The notes: generated from the letters alone by a model not told the origin. A DNA stretch of 32,000 nucleotides from an archaeon (GCA_024275415.1 JAJRZD010000014.1:30001-62000), one strand, 5' to 3'. Positions 1-8,822 are shown, counted from the stretch's first letter. Program-made: numbers and translations.

Positions 1-183
1 ATCCACAACATCGAATGCCGCAACGACCTTGATGTCATTGACATGGAAACCTGCGAAATCGGCGTATCCTAGCCCTACAAGTTCCTCACTGTTGCTCTTT
101 ACGTTCTTGTAGTACTCAAGACCTTGCACGAATGCGCTTGCAACATTGCCAATGCCTACAAGTGCCACTTTAATCCCGTTCAT
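1..183 (-). CDS. ino1: myo-inositol-1-phosphate synthase, N-terminal 61 aa (runs off window start)
   Basis: Manual translation from ATG at 183: MNGIKVALVGIGNVASAFVQGLEYYKNV...DIKVVAAFDVVD. Rossmann GxGxxA motif plus the ASxxVQGxxYY and VVAAFDV motifs typical of prokaryotic MIPS. Not in the ORF track because it is truncated. Confidence 0.85.
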   Translation of the reverse strand, partial: MNGIKVALVGIGNVASAFVQGLEYYKNVKSNSEELVGLGYADFAGFHVNDIKVVAAFDVVD

Positions 184-357
184 CTTGATTGCCTCTCTTG
201 CAATTGGTTCTTCGAGCATCCGTTCCCCTTTAAGTTTTATGACCATAGAATAGTTGAGCTGCCAGCTTTGACATATTAGCACTTTTCCCAACTTCTGGCT
301 CTGTGAAAAGTCACACTCCACGAAGTTCAGGCGTCCTATGTTATGGAGGACTACCTT

Positions 358-772
358 TCCTCTCCCAAAGGTCACTCATCCACACGAGATCCCAAGACTC
401 TTTAGTGTACACCTGTACATGATCCTCCATCTACAAGAACCATCAGACGACTCTCGCATTTCCTCAACACCTTCCGGATGAATGTCCTTGCGTCAAGACC
501 TGACCTACCTCTGGTGACCCGGACTGCAAGGAACTCTCAGGAACCAACGTCTATGGCGGTTCAGAGGTATCTCCATCGACCTCCCATCTTGACCTTGAAC
601 TCGTCGATGGTCACAGCTCGTCGAAGTGCTTTTTGTACAGTGAAGAGGGAGGGATCATGAGGGACAGACCTACAAGGTAGAGGAGGATTCCAAGGGCATG
701 TGTTTCGACATATGTCCTGTCCCGTTTGAAAATACCACTGGCTTTCAGGGATTCTCTCATGAGTGTTAACAT
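358..772 (-). pseudogene. Decayed IS6-family DDE transposase
   Basis: Manual minus-strand translation gives MLTLMRESLKASGIFKRDRT...LLYLVGLS, then a frameshift, then RRAVTIDEFKVKMGGRWRYL*TAIDVGS*EFLAVRVTRGRSGLDARTFIRKVLRKCESRLMVLVDGG, then a frameshift, then YRCTLKSLGISCG*VTFGRG. This resembles the archaeal IS6 pattern (DETKVK..W.YLW.A.D / LVDGGPWY / TFG.RN). TGA stops at 561-563, 537-539 and 376-378. Confidence 0.8.
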
Positions 773-1161
773 ACTTTCCTAGGAGTCAGTGGATTCTTTG
801 CTTCCTTCCTCCAACCTTAAGTTGACACCCCTCCCATGTGAATACGTAGACTTAATTGGGTATGATGCACATAGAGTAATGGACGTAAGGTCAATACACA
901 ATGCAGCTCGAGAAATGTGATCCTGACAATAGTAGGATGACATCTCCTCATGTCGTAGCTGAGTGGAATGTTCATCAAATTTGAAGATTCCATCCTCACA
1001 TGATGTTCAGAGGAAGGCTACGTATGAAGGGAATCTGAGCGTATTATGTTCATCAGAAAATGGGGTGGACCTTGTGTTGCCTACTGGCAAATATTAGGAA
1101 ATGTATTGACCTTCGTCCACTTCTTCTCTGTGGAGATTGCTAGGATGGTTTACGTCCTACG

Positions 1162-2346
1162 TCACTCCTGTGCCTTAATCGATCCTGCCAAAAGATCCAC
1201 TATATCCACGGTTCTGACACTGCTATTGATTAGGTCTGCACCAGAGTTAAGATTGGTCTCACAGAACGGGCAAGCTGTAATGATTATCTCTGCACCAGTT
1301 CCTTCTGCTACCTTGACCCTATCAGCAGCTATCCTCTTTGACAGGTCTGGGTCATAGGAGCGTAAGCCCCCGCCTGCACCACAGCATATTGCTGCACTTC
1401 TGTTAGGGTTCATCTCTACGAGTTCCAGCCCCGGAATGCCGTCTATCACTTTCCTTGGCTCATCATAGATTCCCAACTCTCGCCCGATATGACAGGGGTC
1501 GTGATAGGTCACCTTCTTGGTTTCAATGTTCTTGAGAGGAATTTTCTGTTCCTCGATTAACTGGGCTGCGTATTGAACGATATGAACGATTTCAGGAAGG
1601 TCTAGATCAAACAATTCTGCGAAGTCCTTCTTCAGGGTCTTCATACATCCGGCACATGAAACAATAATCTTCTTCGCCCCAGATTCCTTGATCGCTTTAG
1701 CCGCTCGCTCTGCGTTTGTTCGGGCAACTTCCTGTTTCCCTGTCCTTAGTAGGACTGAACCGCAACATGGTTCATTCTCCATGACAAAGAAATCTTCCCC
1801 GACCGCGTGAAGGATTCGTGCAGTATTCTTCGCTGTTTCCTGCATCCTGAGGCTTGCGGTACATCCTGTAAAGTACAGTGTATCACCTTCAGTCGGGATG
1901 TCAAATTCCATCTCTTTGACCCACTCCCGTTTGACTGATGCCTCTTCTTGGTATGGGTTGTCATTAGTACTGATGCTTGCAGCTAGTCGGTCTCTTGCCT
2001 CGTTAGGAATCTCCTCAAGTATGCCTCTTACTGTTTCAATGACATGTGCAGGATGGAATTCAGCACCGCAGATCTGGGTGCAGTTCCCGCACAGAGTACA
2101 CTGGTACAATGCTTCTGCGTTCTCTGAAGTCCTTTCTAAAACACCATCAAGCAATGCAATGGCAATCTGGATCTTCCCTCTCATGAAGCTTGGCTCGAAC
2201 CCGCTGGTGTTCCGCCAGATGGGACAGATTCCCTCGAATCCTTTTAGGTCATATACTGCTTCCCTGCAAATCCCACATCGACGGCACTGTAATAGCTCTT
2301 CCCTCAAGTCGTCTAGGTCTACTTCATTCAATTCAAATACCTCCAA
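1162..2346 (-). CDS. (Fe-S)-binding protein, GlpC/GlcF/HdrD-like, with two CCG domains
   Basis: CxxCxxC-x13-CP and CTLCGNCTQIC ferredoxin-type motifs; CCG motifs EPCCGS, SCAGC, YHDPCH, ICCGAGGG, ACPFC. The true start may be TTG at 2331, 7 nt after a GGAGGT SD. Confidence 0.85.
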   Translation of the reverse strand: MEVFELNEVDLDDLREELLQCRRCGICREAVYDLKGFEGICPIWRNTSGFEPSFMRGKIQIAIALLDGVLERTSENAEALYQCTLCGNCTQICGAEFHPAHVIETVRGILEEIPNEARDRLAASISTNDNPYQEEASVKREWVKEMEFDIPTEGDTLYFTGCTASLRMQETAKNTARILHAVGEDFFVMENEPCCGSVLLRTGKQEVARTNAERAAKAIKESGAKKIIVSCAGCMKTLKKDFAELFDLDLPEIVHIVQYAAQLIEEQKIPLKNIETKKVTYHDPCHIGRELGIYDEPRKVIDGIPGLELVEMNPNRSAAICCGAGGGLRSYDPDLSKRIAADRVKVAEGTGAEIIITACPFCETNLNSGADLINSSVRTVDIVDLLAGSIKAQE

Positions 2347-3739
2347 GTACGCCTCTGTTCATGATGCCATTTGGGTCGATTGTGTCTTTGATCTTCTTGA
2401 GAAACTCCATGTACTTCTCTGTACCCTCCATCTTGTCTTTCCAGAACGGTGCCAGCTTGAACGGGACTGCCCCTGTCTTGTAGAGGGTGACAGCCAGCTC
2501 GTCATGTGCATCAACAATCTTCTGTTCGTCTTCTTGGTCAGTAGGATCGAAATACAGATGTGGATACATGTTAGCTGAAGCATGATCTGTGAAGAAACCA
2601 GCAGTATGCCCGAGGAAGCCGTATTTGTCCATGACCTTTGTTATCTCCTCTACCGACCGATGGATGTTGACAGGGGTCTGATGATGGTAGAGCGTCCTCC
2701 AGTGCCACCCATGAACATAGCTAGCGCGCACGAATGTCCAAAGTCGTTCATTCCATTCTCCCCTCGGGAGCTCTTTTACTCCGAGCACCCATCCTCCGCA
2801 TTCCTTGCAGAGCTCCTGCGCTTTCTTTGCGTCGCTTTCTAACATATCTTTCCTTACTCTGCCAATCGTCATCGAAACCGTGCGATGCGGCCACTCCATC
2901 GGGGGAATCCCATATTCATCACCAAGCATCTCCATGAACAACTCAAGAACCGGCCCTTCGTAGATTGAGGCAAAAACTGCGTTCACATCCCACTGTCGTA
3001 TCTCGATTAGGAACCTCTCTGCTTGCTCGGGAGTATCGAAACCGTATGTGTTGTAGTCAAAATACTCCATCCTCTTGAACACCTTGAGTGATACACTTGT
3101 AATAACACCCAGTGAGCCTAATGAACCAATGAACAACCCCGTGAGGTCAGGGCCAAACGCATAGCGGAGGAACGGCCCCGGTGCGTTAGGATTGGTTTCA
3201 GAACCAGTCTGGATTATCTCCGAATTTGGCAATACGACCTCTACACCGAGGATAAGGTCTCCAGTGCATCCAAAAAGGCTTGAGCCTGGACCTGCTCCAT
3301 TGACAGCTGTATTCCCTGCAATAGTACATGCCAGTGCCGATTCAGGCGTGATTGGTACCCACAATCCATGCTCACTTAGGAACTTGTCCAACTCACCATA
3401 GGTCACACCAGCACCAACTCTGACACTACGTAGGTCTTTGAAGAGTTTGATATCTTTGAGGCGCATCAGCTCGACCACGAGCCCGTCAGGCTTTGGGATG
3501 ACCTCTCCTTGCAGGCTTGTTCCCCCAGACCGTACGGTAGTGTCAATCTTGTATTCATTTGCAATCTTTAGAATCTCGCTAATCTCTGTCGCATTAGCAG
3601 GTCTTACCACTGCTCCTGGCATCACCGGTTCTTTTGCCATCGATGCCGAAGAAGCATAAGTCAGCAGGACATCCTTTCTTGTCGAGATATATTCCTCGCC
3701 AACGATCGCAGATATTCGTTCGATAATTTCCTTTTTCAC
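2333..3739 (-). CDS. FAD-binding oxidoreductase (GlcD/D-lactate dehydrogenase/VAO superfamily)
   Basis: PCMH-type FAD domain (VVRP...VRSGGTSL, IAGNTAVNGAG, FIGSLGSLGVIT) and C-terminal DPNGIMN.G. Start moved from 3763 to GTG at 3739 because a GGAGG SD precedes it. Confidence 0.85.
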   Translation of the reverse strand: MKKEIIERISAIVGEEYISTRKDVLLTYASSASMAKEPVMPGAVVRPANATEISEILKIANEYKIDTTVRSGGTSLQGEVIPKPDGLVVELMRLKDIKLFKDLRSVRVGAGVTYGELDKFLSEHGLWVPITPESALACTIAGNTAVNGAGPGSSLFGCTGDLILGVEVVLPNSEIIQTGSETNPNAPGPFLRYAFGPDLTGLFIGSLGSLGVITSVSLKVFKRMEYFDYNTYGFDTPEQAERFLIEIRQWDVNAVFASIYEGPVLELFMEMLGDEYGIPPMEWPHRTVSMTIGRVRKDMLESDAKKAQELCKECGGWVLGVKELPRGEWNERLWTFVRASYVHGWHWRTLYHHQTPVNIHRSVEEITKVMDKYGFLGHTAGFFTDHASANMYPHLYFDPTDQEDEQKIVDAHDELAVTLYKTGAVPFKLAPFWKDKMEGTEKYMEFLKKIKDTIDPNGIMNRGVLGGI

Positions 3740-3775
3740 GCTATTTCCTCCTGGATCCTTCAAGAGTTACTGGGA

Positions 3776-4105
3776 TCAGAAGATATGCCGAATTTTCATC
3801 AGGTCGCTTGTTGCACCTTTGATTTTTAGTTTCCGTTTCAGCAAAGCGGCGGCTGCACTCATCTCCTCAAGGAAAAGCTTCCTTATCGTTTTCTCGTCGC
3901 TTTGTATTTTCATATCTGGGTTCTCGATACCCCCCTCATGTACTGTTATTGTGTTATCTTTCACAATGAAGTGATATACTCCACCTTCCTTCAACTGAAG
4001 AAGCGCAGTTCGTTCCCAGTCCTTGATTGCCTCGATGGTCTTTTCTCTTTCAAGTCCAATGGCAATTCGTTCTTTCATCAGTTCGAGTAATGGTTGGTCA
4101 TCCAT
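3776..4105 (-). CDS. SCP2 sterol/lipid-binding domain protein
   Basis: 109 aa; VHEGGIENPDMKI.SD and AAAALLKRKLKIKG.TSDLMKI match the SCP2 fold signature; GGTGA SD 6 nt upstream of ATG. Confidence 0.8.
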   Translation of the reverse strand: MDDQPLLELMKERIAIGLEREKTIEAIKDWERTALLQLKEGGVYHFIVKDNTITVHEGGIENPDMKIQSDEKTIRKLFLEEMSAAAALLKRKLKIKGATSDLMKIRHIF

Positions 4106-4359
4106 GGGGTTTCACCCTATCATTGTAATCACCCTGCTCGTCCATTTAGAGGTTTCTTTTTCTCCCTGCTTGGGATTGAAATCATCATGAACCCGGGGAC
4201 AATCCATCTCCTTGTAATACTCATTTCTTTATCTTAGAGATGAATGCTGTTGACACATGGACAGAGGCAGAACAGTCGACTTACTTCTAACTCCCTATAC
4301 AAACTAACAACTCCCCTTTTCCGATGATACTGTTTTGCCTACTGTTCCTCTTTCTTATC

Positions 4360-4400
4360 AAAAATAGAAAGCGAGGTAGTAGTCTTGAACCACTACCTCG
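4360..4400 (-). terminator. Hairpin plus U-rich tract downstream of rubrerythrin
   Basis: Minus strand CGAGGTAGTGG-TTCAAGA-CTACTACCTCG (11-bp stem with one G-U) followed by CTTTCTATTTTT, 13 nt past the stop codon. Confidence 0.65.
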
Positions 4401-4413
4401 AAAATTGCAGGAA

Positions 4414-4998
4414 TTAGAAGTTCACAAAATGCAGCATGAAGTGAGCCTTTGGATGGTCACAAGCTGGGCATTTCTCAGGGGCCTCGTCACCTTCATGTAC
4501 ATAGCCACAGTTCTGACACACCCATTTGGTCTTCTGTTCGCTTTTGAAGACCTTGCCGCTAGCGACGTTTTCAGCCAGCTTGATGTATCGTTCATGGTGC
4601 CATGTTTCTGCCTTAGCCACCATTCGAAAGACATGTGCGATGTTCTTGAACCCTTCTTCCTCAGCGATATCAGCATATTGTGGGTACATCTCAGAGAACT
4701 CGTACTTCTCACCAGCTGCCGAAGCTCGTAGGTTCTCTTCAGTGTTGCCTAGAGGTCCTGTAGGAAAGTTCCATTTGACTTCCACTTCGGTGGGCGCCCC
4801 AGCCTCCTGAAGGAACTTGAAGAACCTCTTTGCATGTTCCTTCTCGTGACCTGCTGTTTCTTCAAAGATATTTGCGATCTGAACATAACCCTCCTTCTTG
4901 GCTACCTTGGCATAGTACGTATACCTGTTCCTAGCCTGAGACTCGCCTGCAAACGCTGTAAGGAGGTTCTTTTCAGTTCGTGATCCTCTTAAATCCAT
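4414..4998 (-). CDS. rbr: Rubrerythrin
   Basis: TEKNLLTAFAGESQARNRY, diiron ligands EKEH / EKYE / ETWH, and C-terminal rubredoxin-like WVCQNCGY...KCPACDH. Confidence 0.95.
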   Translation of the reverse strand: MDLRGSRTEKNLLTAFAGESQARNRYTYYAKVAKKEGYVQIANIFEETAGHEKEHAKRFFKFLQEAGAPTEVEVKWNFPTGPLGNTEENLRASAAGEKYEFSEMYPQYADIAEEEGFKNIAHVFRMVAKAETWHHERYIKLAENVASGKVFKSEQKTKWVCQNCGYVHEGDEAPEKCPACDHPKAHFMLHFVNF

Positions 4999-5170
4999 CT
5001 TTCACTTCTCCTGTTCATGTCAGAAAGACACGAATCACATTCAGATTCTATTTTAGTTTATTAAACATGCGACATGACACTTTTTTGCGACCAGTTGATT
5101 CATATATTCATTTTATCTACTATCAATGTGAGGGAACATCAACATCACGATTAAAGGAGCATGAGGGTCG

Positions 5171-6241
5171 ATGGTACGAATTGCTCATATCTCGGATTCC
5201 CATTTGGGTTCATCAATGTTCCAGTTGATAGAACGACGGGAGGATGCGCGGGCGTGCCTGAAGAAGGCGGTTGACATGGCACTCCGTCACTCTCCAGACA
5301 TCCTCGTTCACACTGGAGACCTCTTTGATTCTCCTGAGCCACATCCTGACGATATCAATCATGTGCTAAAGATATTCAAGGATATAGAAGACACTAAAGT
5401 CATTGTACTTCACGGGAACCATGACATCCCCTACGGATACAAATATCACCACAGTCCGATTCGCTATCTTGAAACTGTCGAGTTTGTTATGACGACCGGG
5501 GACAATCCCAGTAGTGTTCACCAGTACGATATTGACGGAAAGCAGGTTGATATCCATCTGATATCTTGGACGAGAAAGAAACAATTCCAGAAAATACTAG
5601 GTGACATGGAACCTGAGTCCGACATTGCCGTTCTCTTTGCCCATGATATTCCAGTTGAAATTGATGAGCTACCTATACACTATGATTATATCGGGCACGG
5701 ACACTCGCACAATTTCAAACTGGATGAGGATATGGCGATTGGTTGCCCTGGTTCCACACATATCATCGATTGGAAAAGGGAGCTTGGCAAAAAACGGAAA
5801 CTGATTGTTGCTGATATTGACAAGAATGGAACTGAATTCACCACTGAAACATTGAACGATATCCGAGAATTCAAGTTTCATCCTGGTTTAGATATCACTG
5901 GACTGGATGCTCAGTCAGCCAATATCAAGATGAAGGACTGGCTGAAGAATCTCTCACCAAAGAAAAAAGACCCCCCTATTGTCATCGTGCGAGTGAATGG
6001 TATGATATTCGCAGAAACTGAGAAAGGGATTGAACGTAACTCGTTGATTGAATTTGGCGAGAAGCACCTGAATCCCTTGTTTCTGCACATCGAACCGAAC
6101 TGGAATGTCGTTGGTCCTCCCGAACTGGATTTATCGCGCCCTTTGGATGTGAAACGCTCGTTGGAAGAATACATGGAGTTCAAAAAGGATCCCAAGAAAG
6201 AACTTGTAATAGAGGAGCTTCAGAAGATACTCGGAGAGTAG
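5171..6241 (+). CDS. Mre11/SbcD-like calcineurin-family nuclease
   Basis: Metallophosphoesterase motifs HISDSHLG, TGDLFD, GNHD, FAHD, GHGHSH; a predicted helical C-terminal tail resembling the Rad50-binding region; 4 nt from the ATPase gene. Confidence 0.85.
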   Translation: MVRIAHISDSHLGSSMFQLIERREDARACLKKAVDMALRHSPDILVHTGDLFDSPEPHPDDINHVLKIFKDIEDTKVIVLHGNHDIPYGYKYHHSPIRYLETVEFVMTTGDNPSSVHQYDIDGKQVDIHLISWTRKKQFQKILGDMEPESDIAVLFAHDIPVEIDELPIHYDYIGHGHSHNFKLDEDMAIGCPGSTHIIDWKRELGKKRKLIVADIDKNGTEFTTETLNDIREFKFHPGLDITGLDAQSANIKMKDWLKNLSPKKKDPPIVIVRVNGMIFAETEKGIERNSLIEFGEKHLNPLFLHIEPNWNVVGPPELDLSRPLDVKRSLEEYMEFKKDPKKELVIEELQKILGE

Positions 6242-6245
6242 CAGG

Positions 6246-7538
6246 ATGCTTAGACAGTTACGTATGACAGATTTCAAAGTGTTCAATGAAATCGACTTTC
6301 AGTTCTCGCAGGGCATAACCGCTATAGTAGGACCTAACGGGTCTGGAAAGACCACCATCCTAGAGGCAATCGAGTTTGCACTCTTTCGTCAGGTGACAAG
6401 AAAGGAGAAGACTGTTCGCAATTTTGAGGACTTCATTAGACATGGAAGAAAACGGGCCATTGTCGAGCTTGAGTTCAGGGCTCCAGTAAACAGGCGGTTC
6501 TATCGAGTAACAAGGTCAATTCATCCTGGGAAGACGAATGCTGATCTGTATGATGATGCTGGTTCAGACCCTATTGTGTCAGGTCCTACAAAGGTCGACG
6601 ATGAGATTGTTCGACTGATTGGCATGGATCGTCATGCTTTCTCCACCCTCACATACGTTCGCCAAGGGGAGATTGATCGCCTCTCACGGCTTCCACCTAA
6701 GAAGCGCAGGGCAGACCTCTATAGTATGATGGGTCTTGGCATTTATGATAAGACCGAGGATCGCGTTCAGAAACAGATCCGTGAGTTGAAGAAACGGATG
6801 TCATCTGTAGAGGACACAAAGCAAAGGCTTGAATCTATCAAGTCACATCTGCCAGCGCCAGATGAGATAGCGTCGTCAAGGGAATCGCTTGAACGTATTA
6901 AGGACAAGCTTGGCGAGAGTGATGACATCGTCCAGATATTGGGAGTCATAGAAAAAGTAGAAACATCTCTCCAACGTGTCATTGACCATCTCAATTCGCC
7001 AGAGCTGACCAATGAATACGAGGAGATGAAGGAGGAACGTGAAGCCGCAAGTTACCTTAAAGAGATACTCGGGGTTCTTCCAGAAGTGGCAGAGAGCCAA
7101 CTGAAACCTGAGATTAGATCAGAGGCACGAGAGATCTTTAGAGGTATATTTGGTGACCGATACAGTGACCTTGTCATAGATGAGGACTATAATGTATCCC
7201 TGTATGATCTCAGAGGTCACAGGGTTAGCCTTACTGCTGCATCAGGAGGAGAGGATGTCTGTGTGAATTTCGCCCTTCGTGTCGCAGTGAACACAGCACT
7301 CCAGAAGCAAGCAGCTCATAGAATACCTCCTCCGGGTATCATCATACTTGATGAGCCTGGGGCGGGGTTGGACACTCAAAGAAGAAAATGGCTGCCTATG
7401 GCAATAGCTGGTCTGAAAACAGTTGATCAGGTTCTCGTGGTCACACACATGGAGGAGCTGAGGGAGTCTGCAGACCGGATTGTCCTTTTGACCCCTCAAG
7501 GAAAACAGAGGCAACCCATGGTCGATGTCATCGAGTAA
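6246..7538 (+). CDS. Short Rad50/SbcC-like SMC-family ATPase (430 aa, no zinc hook)
   Basis: Walker A GPNGSGKT (29-36), Q-loop VRQGE (Q140), signature ASGGE (332-336), Walker B IIILDE, D-loop GAGLD, H-switch VVTH; only one Cys (C339). Confidence 0.85.
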   Translation: MLRQLRMTDFKVFNEIDFQFSQGITAIVGPNGSGKTTILEAIEFALFRQVTRKEKTVRNFEDFIRHGRKRAIVELEFRAPVNRRFYRVTRSIHPGKTNADLYDDAGSDPIVSGPTKVDDEIVRLIGMDRHAFSTLTYVRQGEIDRLSRLPPKKRRADLYSMMGLGIYDKTEDRVQKQIRELKKRMSSVEDTKQRLESIKSHLPAPDEIASSRESLERIKDKLGESDDIVQILGVIEKVETSLQRVIDHLNSPELTNEYEEMKEEREAASYLKEILGVLPEVAESQLKPEIRSEAREIFRGIFGDRYSDLVIDEDYNVSLYDLRGHRVSLTAASGGEDVCVNFALRVAVNTALQKQAAHRIPPPGIIILDEPGAGLDTQRRKWLPMAIAGLKTVDQVLVVTHMEELRESADRIVLLTPQGKQRQPMVDVIE

Positions 7539-7631
7539 TCACAGGTCTGTTGTTTGCATTGATGAACATGTCTGTTGACATTTTCACAAGAGAGATCTGA
7601 GAGCCACCGCTCGTGTAGACTTGCTCACTTT

Positions 7632-8822
7632 CTAATCGAAAATCTCCTTTCGAATATCTGACACATCAGTCTTGTCGCGGATCAATCTGCGCAGTTTCAT
7701 CGCGACCTTCTTGTTACCGAGGGCTATTCCCCCCACGACAACGTAGTCCTTCATGACCGCTTTGTAGTATGTGCCAGCTTCGTGGTCTGCCATTACGATC
7801 GATTCGAACTCTGTTGACTGCGGGTTGAAGTTCCCGACCGAAGTCAAATCGATGCCAGCCACTTTTAATGTGTTGCTTGGGGTAGTGCCCTCATAGGTTG
7901 CACTTCCAAGGTCGACGATGTTCCTAGCAGCTATTTTTGCGGTATCCATGGCAACGGGAATGATTCCCCAGCATACACCCTTCCATTCTGTGCAATCACC
8001 TGCCGCAAAGACGGTAGGGCTTGAGGTCTGCATGTGCTCATTGACGAGAATTCCTCGGGCTTTCCCAGTTTCAAGGCCTGCACTGGTGGCTATTTTGGTA
8101 TTGGGTCTGATGCCTGTGGAGATTACAACGAGGTCTCCTTTGACCTTGTCCCCCTTGTCTGAAACAACCCCCGTTGCAACCTCATGTCCTAGGACTTGGC
8201 TGCACGAGAAGCCCAGTAGCACTGTGATTCCCATCCTTTGAAGGTGTTCCATCAAGATTTGACTTGCACCTTGGTCGAGTTGGGCTGGGAGAAGTGTGCC
8301 AATATTTGAGATGACGATTGGCTCTCCTCCGCTCTTTCGGATAGCAGCAGCCAACTCTATTCCCAAGATACCTCCTCCTACGATGATCTCCCTCCCCGAG
8401 CCCTTCACAGCTTCTTTGATTGCGGTCGCATCGTCCAACGACTTCAGGGTATGTACGTTCTTCTTTTCTGTACCATGTATGGGTGGGACAAACGGATGAC
8501 TACCAATTGCCAGTAAGATGTTCTCATAGCCAAAGTATGTGCCTGCATTTGTGAGGACACTTCCTGATGACGGGACAATATCCACAACCGGTTCGGAAAG
8601 GTGTAAAGTGACATCCTGTTTTTCATACCACGCCGCGTTATATTGTACAACATTCTCCTTTGGGATATCCCCACGGATGTAATCGACCAACCGTGGCTTT
8701 GGGTAGTACCCATAGGCTTCTTCAGTGAACACATCAATCTCCATGTCTGCGCCCAGACCACGGATCTCCCGAATCGCAGTGACCGCGGCGATACCATTCC
8801 CGAGAATCGCAATTTTCTTCAT
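7632..8822 (-). CDS. NAD(P)/FAD-dependent oxidoreductase, NADH:rubredoxin oxidoreductase-like
   Basis: From ATG at 8822: MKKIAILGNGIAA (FAD Rossmann), GGGILGIE (NADH Rossmann), VFAAGDC, and C-terminal TLKVAGIDLTSVG...YYKAV domain. The ORF-track extension to 8960 has no family similarity and overlaps the HAD ORF. Confidence 0.85.
   Translation of the reverse strand: MKKIAILGNGIAAVTAIREIRGLGADMEIDVFTEEAYGYYPKPRLVDYIRGDIPKENVVQYNAAWYEKQDVTLHLSEPVVDIVPSSGSVLTNAGTYFGYENILLAIGSHPFVPPIHGTEKKNVHTLKSLDDATAIKEAVKGSGREIIVGGGILGIELAAAIRKSGGEPIVISNIGTLLPAQLDQGASQILMEHLQRMGITVLLGFSCSQVLGHEVATGVVSDKGDKVKGDLVVISTGIRPNTKIATSAGLETGKARGILVNEHMQTSSPTVFAAGDCTEWKGVCWGIIPVAMDTAKIAARNIVDLGSATYEGTTPSNTLKVAGIDLTSVGNFNPQSTEFESIVMADHEAGTYYKAVMKDYVVVGGIALGNKKVAMKLRRLIRDKTDVSDIRKEIFD

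Noticed and set aside
376-563. In-frame TGA codons as selenocysteine recoding (some Asgard archaea use Sec)
   Set aside because: They fall in a frameshifted transposase relic at non-Cys positions, and no SECIS-like element was recognised.
297-833. Terminal inverted repeats and target-site duplication for the IS6 relic (GGCTCTGTGAAAAGT at 297-311; reverse GAGGGGTGTCAACTT at 819-833)
   Set aside because: The two ends match each other poorly and the flanking 8-mers differ (CAACTTCT vs CCATGTGA), so element boundaries are not asserted.
478-999. ORFs 478..660 (+) and 817..999 (-)
   Set aside because: The first is the antisense shadow of the IS6 relic; the second has no SD or family features.
2333-3739. 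Assignment as alkyl-DHAP synthase
   Set aside because: The HHH catalytic motif of AGPS is absent; only superfamily-level similarity is supported.
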